Shown one piece after another: positions 1 through 10,803 of a stretch of DNA of 64,000 nucleotides. The notes below the pieces were generated by a model that had not been told where the DNA came from, did not search any database, and worked only from the letters and a program-made list of their open reading frames with translations. Source of the DNA: Bilabrum cf. latius (lineage: Eukaryota); NCBI GenBank assembly GCA_965178125.1, contig OZ237755.1, forward strand, positions 744,001 to 808,000. Reading direction: 5' to 3'. The position numbers and the translations under genes were made by a program. How positions within the stretch are numbered: the stretch's first letter is position 1; every line of letters starts with the position of its first letter.

Positions 1-89
1 GAGTCTGCAAAAGAAGCTTTCACCATGGAGGTCACGATGTCGTGCTCATCACGGCGTGACGCAGGGCCTGTGCGGCAGCGAGAACGAAG

Positions 90-3000
90 ATGCTTCACAT
101 ACAAATAATGTAGCCAAGTCATAACGTGCAAGTTTTGGACACAATTGACCAAATTCGCGAGAATTTACGGTTCTGGCCCACGTCGTTTGATCAGAGTGGG
201 GCCTTCCGCCGCGCAGTTCTGGCAGTGGCGGTCCTCCCAGATTCGCAAGGCAGCCCAGCTGCCGCAGCGGAAATTCAGAGTCTAGCTGATGTTGACATCA
301 ACGAACGTCTAGGATTTGACAATCTAACAGCAATACGCCTATACACTGACGTGTGCCGCGCGCTGCTGCCAGTGTGCACGCCATCTGTCGGTCTCTCGGA
401 GCTGCAGCGACTCTGCGCATCGAGGGCCACTCAGCTTTCGCTAGCTATATCTAGCGCTGAATTGCAGCACTGCTTGCAGTATATTGCCTCTGTAGCTGAT
501 TCAGACGGCACAATGCTTCCCACAGAGACGATTCGAGACAGGCTTGTATCCGCGGTCACAACCAGGGCCTCTACCGGTTCGCCTAGCGTGGGGGCTATAA
601 AGAAGGAACAGAGTACATCCGAGCGCACTGCACAGGATCAAGCGCCAAGATAGACCGTGCCCAGTTCCTTGTCTGGCCAGCGGACGAGTAGTTCGTAGCA
701 GGTGCCAACCCCGAGCAACGCTTGGTCGAGCTCAGGCAGGCCGGCGAGCGCAGCAGGCCCCACGGCATCGAGCGTTCCGGACAGAGAAACAGCCTCATCC
801 ACCGCGACTCAGAGCGTTTCTGACCTTCATTTCGCGGTTGGAATCGAAAGCGATCACGATTCGGAGACTGCAGTCGAGATGGGACCGGTCGGCTAGGCCT
901 CGCCCTTAGCTACCCCTGCCGGAGGGAGTGGTGGTCGTGCTAAATCTCCTTGTCCTGGCCCTGTGCAGGCCGCAAGAGATGGAACTGGAAGAGCCAGGGC
1001 ATTCAACAATGATTCAGTGTTTCATGGGGCTCCCTGCCACGACAGCAACGATTTCCTGCGTCATGCCAGTGCCGCCATCCATGGTCGCACGGCTCTTGAC
1101 CCTGGGCCCGAGTGGAGGGCAGTCACACCGACGCGAGGCCCAGGTTAGGACAACGAAATGCAAGACAATGGGGCCATGGACGGAGAGAGAGGACGACTAA
1201 GGCCAGACCTGGGCAGAATCACCTCGTCATCCACGACCTCGTCGTCCTGGTCGTCTGCATCCCAGCTCGCAAGAGGCCTCGGGGTCGTTGGTAGCGAGGC
1301 TGAGGCAAGTTCAGGCGCTGCTACTTGTTCTGACATGCGCATCAGCTCCAATCACCGGTCATCGAGCGCTGACGAGAGGTTCAGCGCAAGCAGCCTTGAC
1401 TTGGAAGAGGCAGAGGATTTCGATGGCCTCTCACCGCTGGCAACGGTACCGGGCTGGGGCGGCTGCTCGCCAGTGCGGTCGTCTGATCGCAATGCCGTGA
1501 TAAATACCAGTTGCAAGACTACCAGCTCCGGCCTATCATTGGATCGCCGCGAGTTGCTGCCTCACTCGCTGCAGCCAGCGCCACAGGTGCCCACGGGATT
1601 CAATCCAGCAAGCCGCACTGGGCAAGTGCAGATGCAAGGGGCGCAGATTCTCGCTTTTCCGGACGATGGAAGCTCCGGCTACGCAGCTTCGCACCAGCAT
1701 CCTACATCCATCTCGCACATTGCATCGATTGGGCGGGCTCCACCGCAGCCAGGTGCATCCAAAGCCGGCAGCAGCAGCAGCAGCAGCAGCAGCAGCCACG
1801 CAAGCCATCAGGTTCCCGTCATGGACTGGCACTCCGGCCCGCGGACCCATAGTGCAGCGATGAGCGGATCCACCGATGCGTACCTCATGACAGTTGCAAC
1901 CACCTCCACAGCTAGATCTATGGCACACCTAGCCGGATAGAAGCGCAGTGCTGCGGGCATGCAGTCCCAGTCGGTTCAAGCCCCCCGTGGGGCAAACGGT
2001 TCGTCCCCAAACTTCTAGCTTTGGCCAGTGCAAGCACCAGGACCGTCAGAAACAGACTCTGTAGACCTGCTCCCCAAAGGGTCACCAGCGACGACAGGTG
2101 GAAGAGGCAGGAGCAGCAAGCGCCGCCGATTGGAACTGGGAGAAGCGCAACTCCGCGGACGAGCACGAGCACTCGCAGGCCGGTACAGCGCTTCGGAATT
2201 GCGGCACTTTGGCGACGGGGCGATGTCGGAGCACGCTGACGGCGCTCGTGCAACAACGCGGTTCGAGCCGATGAATCCGAGCGATGGTCAAGCCAGCGTC
2301 GGGCGCACACTCAGCCAGGCACGTGCCACGGCCAGCACGGTGTCGCCGGACAGCAGCGTGTTCTCTGAACGCTCGGAGACTACCAACCTGCGATGGCGAC
2401 GGCGGCGTTCGTCGACAGCCTCGGCCGCCACGCTATGCAGTACATCTCGGCAACAAGCAGCGGCAGCTGCAGTGGACGTTGGCGCAGCAGCTGGTTGCCA
2501 CAATAATGCACGCGCTGGCAGCCGACTGGAGCAAGCGCCACGCGCGTCTACGTCATCAAGAAAACGGGGAGCCCGTTCGACACGCAGGCACAGGACACCG
2601 GAGCGCTTTCTCCCGCAACCGACTCTACAAAAATCAGAGAAGCAGAGCGCCGGGTAGAGGGCTGGAAGGCCAGCAGCAAGACAAGGAGGCGCTTGTGGGA
2701 GGAATCGACGAAACGCCTAGGCGCTAGCACGACTGCCAAAAGCAGCACCAGCAGAGCCAGTGCATCAAAGGCGCATGAGCAACAGAGAGCTCAGCGAGTA
2801 CGTGGCGAGGAGGGACGCGAGTGGGAGGTTCAGCTGCCCGCAGCTCCACTGCGGCAAGTCGTTCCGGTCTGGTTCTGACCTCGTGGCCCACATCAGGGTG
2901 CACACTCGGGAGAAACCGCTCCTGTGTCCATACGCTGGGTGCGACTACAGAGGGGCCCATTCCAGCAACCTGAAGCAGCACGTTCGCGCTAGGCACGAGA

Positions 3001-3797
3001 AGGTCAAAAGGTACACGTGCCCCTGGCCCTACTGCGGCAAGTAGTACGCCCACCCCTCCAGCAGAAACGACCACTACGCCAGCCAGCACCTAAAGGTGGA
3101 TCTCTACAAGTGTAGCCTGTGCGACCAGAGTTTCACCGCAAAGGCCAACTTGGTCCGGCACAGACGGGGCATCCACAAGCAAGCGGCCCTAGAGTCTCGC
3201 CAAAAAGTAACTCAGGACGAACTCGAGAGGAAGGAACAGATCAAACAGAGCGTGAAGGAAGCGTTCGTGACCATGCGCAGGGTTTCCGGAGGCCTGCCGC
3301 CAATGCCAGCCATCCCGCCGATGGCGATGCACAAGCGTGCTATGATCGTGGAGGAGTTCAACAGGGCGCAGCGAGAGCGCATGGAGGGCAAGGCAAGAAA
3401 CCGTGGTGCTGTAGCCACTGCCAATCACCCGGTTCTTCCTACCAGTCCTGCTTCTGAAGGAGGACTGCCACATGGCCCGACAGACCCCGTGCGTGTCCCC
3501 ATTGGCATTGGCACCGACGTGAGAATGGATCATGATGAGACTCCTACTAGCCTGCACATCCGTGCGCCGCGGATACCCTCTGCTGGCTCGTCACGGTCTC
3601 GACTACTGCAATTGGCGACTTCCTCTAGGCAGGCTGGCTCGTCTCCATCGTCGCACCCGCTCGCATGCAATTTGAAGGGCAGGCCTGCGGGGATCCGCAG
3701 CCCGGTGGACGGCACTGCTTCTGCTTCTTCGAGTCGTGCTGGCAGGCAGGGTTTGAAGCACGGTAAAGGCGGGCAGTCGCCCCAATCGGAAGAGTGA
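90..3797 (+). CDS. C2H2 zinc-finger protein (~1,230 aa, four C-terminal fingers), TAG read as Gln
   Basis: ORFs 126, 702, 963, 1158, 2028, 2760 and 3096 share one frame and are separated only by TAG (10 counted). An in-frame TGA lies at 57, candidate ATGs at 90 and 108, and the terminal TGA at 3795. Fingers: CPQLHCGKSF..HIRVH-TREKP, CPYAGCDY..HVRARH, CPWPYCGK*YAHPSSRNDHYASQH (TAG at 3042 inside the finger), CSLCDQSF..HRRGIH. Confidence 0.85.
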
Positions 3798-4119
3798 CAC
3801 TCAGCTGACAGAGTTGCTCCAGCATTCTTCGCCAGCTCTGCGGATCCGACAGAGAGTCCGGCCTCGTGGGGGCGGCTCGATGCTGGTGAGCGGGAAAGGG
3901 GGGGCCGGGGGGTGGGCACAGGAGCAAATACCCCCAAGCCGATTGCTTGCGTAGACTGACAGAAAATACTGCTAGCGTAAAGAACGGACCCCACACCCTG
4001 CACCACGAAAAAATTCTTGACGCCAAACCGGAAGATAAAATTGAATACCGGAACCCAAACGAAGCACGACGTGGTTTTTTACTGGCCCATCTCATCCTAA
4101 ATCGGACAACCTTTGAACA

Positions 4120-6423
4120 ATGGATCCCGCTGAATCAAAAGAAAATGAAGTTGACCAAGGTCTATTGGAAGGTGTAGGTGATTCCAGCAGGCGAAACGGG
4201 GCAGATGGAGCAGTTCCTGGCATCGGACAGCGCATTACTTTGCGCGGTTCAGCATACGGAGGCGGCGACCACGGCAGGCCTGCCCGCTCCTAGGCACCAT
4301 CACTTAGAGTATCTGGCGGCGTGTTGGCGTGGATGGACGAATAGGGGCGCGCGACTGGATACGTTGGAAGGAGAAAAGCACGCCGATAGTACAACGAGCA
4401 GTTTGCGCAGGTTGCCATGAGTCGAATGCGTGCGAGCCACGCAGCTCGCATGCGGGCACAAGGTGGAGTAGCGCTGCTATCCCCCGCTGAGCGAATGCGC
4501 CGCCGGGGTGAATCTCGTGCCGGCGGCGCGCTTGGATACTAGAAAGCAAGGCGCGACAGGCGGCATGGCGTGCCCAGGGGTCGGGCATCCAGGCGCCCGC
4601 CCGAAAAAACTGCATCGGAGCTTGTGGATGGGTCTGGGCCCACCGGCGTGATGTACTCTCGGCTGAGTAGGTCCCACAGAGAGGCGTGCAAGCAGGCGGC
4701 TCGTATGGACGGCTCTGCTATCGATTTCCTCGCGGCTGCCGAGATGGTTGCAAGGCACTTTACGAGGACGTGGGCAGCTCCCGAGCCCCACTTGCTCCCG
4801 GATGAAATCGCGGTCAGGCTGTGGGCCCCGCTGAGGGTCGAGCTCGTGAGGTCTGCTGGGGAGCAGCTGCCGCCACCGCTGGGGCTTCGAGCAGGTGTGA
4901 CGAGCGATGGCGAAGCTGCTGCATCCGGGTCGTCAACCTCTGGGAATCCTAGCGCAAGCCCTCAAGCTGACGCTGCTGCATCCTCGACGGCCAATCCTTC
5001 AGAGCCTAGCGCAGTACAGGGACCAGGGGACGCCGAAGCAGACGCCGCTTCCGTGGCATCGGAAGCGTCGTCAGTGGACGCCGAAGAGGTGGGAGTGCTG
5101 AGTGCAATGGCTTCGAGGCCCGAGCACTTGCTCGCGGGCAAGCATGGCCTGGAACAAGCCCCCGCATCCACGGCAATTGTCACGGATCGTCCGACAGGCT
5201 CTAGCCCCGGTTTACCTGGCACGGCACGGGATGGCACTTCAGCAGTTGCGGCATGTAACAGTGAGCCCGCTCGCAGTCCGGCCAGCGAGGCAGCTGCACA
5301 GCCCCAGGTTGCGCCCAGTGATGATGCCCCCCCGCCAGTTGATGGGTCATCTAGCGGGCCATGGCACGATGACGCAAACGCAACAGCAGCGGGTGCTGGG
5401 CCCGGCTGTGGCGATTCGGGCCATGCATTCCAGTCGACTGAAGGCTCGGCACCCGGTGTGACGAGTGAGGTCATGCCGCCCGGCAAGCACGCCGAGCGCG
5501 TGCTGGTGGTCCCACTGCACTCGCCACACGACCGCCTTCTCATGCACGCGGCCTGCGCATTCCTGGGACTCGAGTCAAGATCGGTGGTGGCCAGGCATGC
5601 GTGGGGGGGGCAAGAGGAGGGGGAGCAAGAGGGCGGAGTTGGCTCGGGGGCAGGGGGCAGAGCGCGCCTCATGACCGACACGGACACGAATGCCGACACG
5701 GATAGGGGCTCGCAGGGCGCTTTGGGTGAGGGCGCCCAGGTCACCCCGATGAGTGGTGGCGCCGAAAGCAGCGCGCTAGAGCAGAAGATCGAGGCGAAGA
5801 GGAGGGCTGGGGCAGGGGGCTCGTCTGCTGCTGCTGATCGCAAGCTGGGGGTGCGATCGGATCATCCGGAGCGGAAATTCGTCGAGGTGCGCAGGGGGCA
5901 GCTGTGCGTCGCGGACGCGAAGGGCGAGCACGGGCCCGGGGTGCAGTGCATTGCGGCGGAGTCCCGCTCGGCGGCGGGGTCCGCCGAACTCTACTGGCTC
6001 CTGCAGGCGCGCGCAGATGCTGCAGCCTGCGGCTTTCTGGGCTCTGCGAAAGGTCGGGGAGACCGGGGAGGGCATGGCGGGCGCGCTGGAGGTGGTGGCA
6101 GGGGTCCGCCTGGATCAGCGGGAGGTGCCGACAGACGACTGCCTTTCTCAGCAGTTGCGTTCCGGGCCGCGCCGGAGGAATTGTCCGCTGGAGGACTTGC
6201 GCCGGACGCCGTCCTGGCTGGCGATGAAATGCCTCGCGTAGAACACCCGATTGGCGCCGGTCCGTCGCGCCGCAGCCGCTCGGTGGAGCGGCTGCGGTCC
6301 GACAGGCATGTAGCAAGGCTAGCCGTGGCGGGCGGGGGCGCCGGTGCTTGCGGAGGCGGGCGATGGGGAGCAATCACTGAGGGCAGCGGTAGTGGTGAGA
6401 ACCATAGCGGGTTGGTGTCGTGA
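4120..6423 (+). CDS. R3H-domain protein with R3H-associated N-terminal motif (R3HDM4-like)
   Basis: ATG at 4120 follows an in-frame TGA at 4114. TAGs at 4291, 4342, 4387 and 4540 join it to ORF 4570..6423 (TGA). GRRKARR*YNE resembles the R3H-assoc motif, and SPHDRLLMHAACAFLGLESRS is an R-x3-H core. Confidence 0.7.
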
Positions 6424-7058
6424 ATGCTAAGCTTGCTGATGATGCACCCAGCCAGCGAGTAAGGGCAACAGAGCATCGATGCAGGCATACTCAGCAGTAC
6501 GCTCATTCACGTTGGTGTTATGGATGTTAACAATATTTTTAATGAATAAAAACTTCTAGATTGTGAGCACTTGGCGCAATACGATTGTGCTCGGCAGGAC
6601 GACGCCTTACAGCCGACGGTGCTCGTGTCCACAGGGCAGCGCTGTGCCTCGTCTATTGCTAGTGCTCATGCGAACTCGTATTGGATCAACAGCCTGGGCA
6701 TACCAACACATCTTCTACTCTTTTGATTGTTGGGGGATTCAGTCCATGTGTTTAGCACCTGTCATGGTTAAGTGCTGCAGCCGAAAATCATCACGCTGCA
6801 ACGTGGGCCTCGTACCCTCGCACCGCGAGTACGCAATCATCCAAGCTTCGCAACAGCTTGCTTTCTTGCAAGCACATCGCAGCTGCTATAACTATCTTGC
6901 TTATATTAGGATCCCATCAGCCGCCTATTTCTCCACTATCGAGCCTGAAAGCCAAGATAAGCTGGAAACTCGGCGTCAGATTCGAGTCCAACACCTCGGG
7001 TACGAGTCCGGCGATAGGGAGCTGCGTGCAGGTCACCACGACTCAATCTTGAGAAAAT

Positions 7059-7370
7059 ATGAAGAAATCGTCTGCAAAGAAGAAAGCTAGGTCAGCCAAA
7101 GGTCGTGGGGCAGCAAAGGGCGGCGCTAGCCGCGCAAGTGCAAAAGCAGAGAGCAGCGTCGCAGCGTTGCAACGAGCTGCCTCTGCGTCGAAAGCCATTT
7201 CCGCGCAACTATCTTCGGCCGAAACAGCGCACCAGCTAACAGCGGCCGAGGTCAGCTAGCTTCGGGGCTCTGTAAAGGCTGCGTCCGAGGCTGTCGGGGC
7301 TCTGTAGGATGTAGTCAAGGCCGGCTTGGGTAAGGCTCCTGCATCCAGTAGCGAGAAACCCCCGGGGTAA
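7059..7370 (+). CDS. Possible small basic Ala/Lys-rich protein or fragment of a decayed gene
   Basis: ATG 7059, MKKSSAKKKARSAKGRG..., two in-frame TAGs, TAA at 7368. No recognisable domain. Confidence 0.25.
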
Positions 7371-8077
7371 GCAGCGGCACCTTTTGATTCCTGTGGGAGA
7401 TCAGCACAAAGATCATCATTATACTGCTGCACCAACACCGACAAGGAAAGGTTAAGTTGGAGTTGCCGGCGTCTCTCGCCAGCCGCGTTCGGCAGTGCAT
7501 GTAACTCCGAAAGGTGCCGCATTGGGCAATTGGGTGCGAGCATCAGCGTGCATCTTCGTTCCTTACGCAGCTGCGTGGAAGGCCATTTTCATCCACGGTC
7601 GTTCCTGGAGTGCAGAAAATCCCAAGCATGTCGAAGCAGGTCGCAGCCACAGTTCAGTTAAGTGCTCGCTATTCGATGGAGTGCATTAGATTCGGTGGGT
7701 AGAAGATCTAGTAATGATTAATCGCGGCCCCGACCAGGCTGCGGGGTCCCGGACCTGCCAGTGCCAGGGTCTCACGTCCTATCAATTGGGCATTGCGGGT
7801 CGAAAGCCTGACTCAAATCTGCATAAAAAATGCATTGATCTACTGAAATACTATTGTTCTTTCTTTTCTTTCCTGCCGCGACGGTGTTGTGTGCTGGCGG
7901 CCACACTTCCACGCCAATCGACCAGACTTGCATCAGGTGACGTCTGCCAGCGGTGCGTCTAGTAGCTCGCGTATGGTTGCTCGCGCAAGGTTGTGAAGGT
8001 ACTGAAGACGCAGGACTGTTACGCAAGGATATTTGATGGCACACATTGGATAAAGCAAGCGCGCCCACGCAACCGGC

Positions 8078-10654
8078 TCACCTGGCATCCTTCTTGCTGC
8101 GAGCAACCTCCGCCTTCCTCGACTGCTCCCAGCTCTCCCGCGAGTGCGCCGAGCGCTTGTCCAAGGATGGCTCAGGGTACAGCTGCGGCCGTGACAGCAG
8201 CGCGGGACCGAGCGCCCCCGTAAACGCCCCCTTGCTCATCACAAGGTACATCACCAGAAACGCAGACGCGGCCCCTGCCCCCAGTCCCGCCCACAGCCGA
8301 GCGCCGCTGGACAAGGGCACCCCCACAGTCGCCTCCCCCGCGTGTTCCCAGCCCAGCCTCTCGCACAGCTCCACAGGCCAAGCAAGCCTCACCCTCTGAA
8401 ACCAGTCCCCAAGCGCCAGGAATGGCATCATCGCCCAGTCCGCGGGGCCAGACTCCGCGCCGGCCCCACCACCGCCCCCCGCGGGATCATCCGGAGTCGC
8501 AGCCGGCAGCACGTGAACGAACGCAAGGGCGACCAGGGACAGGGCCGCGACGCCCGCCGCAAACAGACCCAGCTTGGTCAGCACGCTCGCGGTCGACGTC
8601 GCGTGCCGGCCGCGCCTGAGGAACACATTTGCTGACATGGCGCGGGGACGTCCCCGGCGACTCGCCGACGCCGCGCCCGCGGCGCCGCCAGCGGAACCGA
8701 GGTCCGCCTCGGACCCGTAGGCCGCGCCCACGCCGGCCCTGGGGCTTGTTCCCTCCTCCGCTGACCAGCCCCCCCCTCCCCCTCCCCTCGCACCGGGGTT
8801 CGATCCCGCGGGCAGCAGCCGCCTTGCCTCGTCCGTCATGCCGTCGTCTTTGACCGAGAAGCGCCCCGACAAGAGGTCCCAGGCGTCCTGGGTGCGGCCG
8901 TCGTGGAAGTTGTTGAGGAAGTACCTTGCCACGGAGGACCTGCCATCCGCCAGCATCCCGGCGATGGTGCGCTTGCCCGTCCTGGTGAAATCCGTCTTGA
9001 GAGCAGGGGTGCCTGAGTACAGCCGGCTCATGGCATCGGCGTTATCTGCCCAGACCCTCTTGAATTCTTTCTCAAAGTCCCTGTAGGGGCTGTCGAGGAA
9101 GCTCTCCACCAGGCGCCGAGGGGCGCCCGCCAGGCCGGCGGCACTCTGGGAGGGCGTGCCGGCCAGCCGCAGGCCCACGTCCTGCATCGCACTGCGGCGC
9201 TCAGCGCCCCCCACGGTGGCAGCCTCGAGGGCCGCGATCCGCGCGAACACGCTCTGCACCACGTTGGTCCTGTCGAGGTTGTCCATGCAGTTCGTGCGCA
9301 CCGCACCCCTCTGCACCTAGAGCACCTTCCCGTCGGCCGTAGACCGGAAGTAGCCGTACGACTCCAGGTCGGCCCTGACTGCCTTGACCAGCTTGCCCAG
9401 GTTGTGCCACGCCATCTGCCCGCACTCCTTGTGGAAATCGAACCACTCCAAGCGAACGTTCGCCGAGCCCATCGCCTGGACCCCCTCGTCGTACGCTTGG
9501 CCCAGCATCAGCTGGTCCTTCTTCCGGTCTATCAGGTTCACGGCCAGCACGCTCCCATAATCGCTCGAGATCCTGCCAAAGTGCTTCGCCAGCAGGGCGT
9601 TGTTCCTCGAGCGGTCCTTCAGCAGCATGACCCGGGGCGTGTACTTGAGGGAGGGCCGTTGCTGCCAGACGAGCGGAATGCTGCCCCTGATCTGCGTGAG
9701 CGAGCACACGGAGCCGCCGTCGTGCTCGCCCACGAGCACCTGCTCCGTCTCCACGAAATTCGCAACCTCGCCCTGGCTGTCCACGCCCCGGCGATTGAAC
9801 CTTGTGCCCTGCCGACCGGCGCCGCGCCTGGACACAAGAATCATGCGGAACCTCGGGCCGTTCCCCACGGAGAGTCCCCCGGCCTCGGTCACGAATCCGT
9901 TGATGACTGGCCTCGCGAAGCCCTTGGCCTCCTTGACCGTGCTGAAGTCGAAGCAGTGCTTCCGGTTCCACCAAAATCTCACGTCTGCCCGCATGGGAGA
10001 CCACGCGCCGTCCTCGTCGTTGAAGATCTTCCCGAGCTCGAGGGACCCATCGGACCCAGAGCCCTTGCTCAGCAGAGCAGCTGCTCGCTAGCAAGACAAA
10101 GTCGCGTCGAACCCCGTGCAATAGTAGAACGCACCGCTGCGCAACAAGTCGCCCAGCATAGCAATGTATTCCTTTTCGTCGGCGGCCCTGGACGCGGGCA
10201 GCTGCTCGCCTTTGCGAGCCGAGGGGCTCAGGCAAACGAAATCCACATCGAGGATCTGCCACCATGCCGCACGGCCAGGTCCTGTAGCAGCCTGCTGCAC
10301 TTTAGTGATGATTACAAGATAAGGGCCCCGCTGCAGCTCGAATGCGCCAAAGATACCGTATGCGCTGCCTCGACCGCCATGCTCCACCGAAGGTCGGAGG
10401 GTGTGTGGGTCTAAGAATCAGAAAGAGCGAAGGGAAACGATCGGAAGACGAAGATGCTGCAATAAACAAATACTTTAATCCATTTGGCTTCCTAATGTTT
10501 ACTTACGTGCTATGGGCTACACCGACAGAGGCATCGAGTCCGAGTGACGAACACGAATGGCAACTGCCGGCCTTGCAGAGGCCTTATCTTGCTTCAGTAA
10601 CACCAAGCTATCGGCATCATGGTAGTATGTTATGTCCGGAGCAGGGGCGGACAT
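8078..10654 (-). CDS. SAC1: Sac1-family phosphoinositide phosphatase; exons 10654-10507 and 10410-8078
   Basis: Motifs RRGVDSQGEVANFVETEQ, QIRGSIPLVWQQ, WFDFHKEC, catalytic RTNCMDNLDRTNVVQ, WADNADAMSRLYSGTPALKTDFTRTGKR, plus C-terminal hydrophobic helices. TAGs at 10517, 10088 (DATLSC*R, canonical DLTxSLQR) and 9317. Ends in TGA. Confidence 0.92.
10411..10506 (-). other. Spliceosomal intron (96 nt) in SAC1
   Basis: GTAAGT donor, pyrimidine tract ending TTCTTAG. Removal deletes in-frame stops and joins ATG 10654 to the Sac domain in phase. Confidence 0.8.
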
Positions 10655-10803
10655 CGAATTTTGGTATGCACTCCACTTTCTGGATGATGTCGTAAAACAA
10701 TATTTTCCCCATTATACACGTTACTATGTTGCAGTCCATTCGGAGCCGATATACACCTATCGGAGATTGAGAGAAAGGCAGCTACAGTCACAAGACTGCG
10801 ACG

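Noticed and set aside
3947-4420. Separate gene from ORFs 3947-4177 and 4178-4420
   Set aside because: It overlaps, out of frame, the better-supported 5' extension of the R3H gene starting at ATG 4120.
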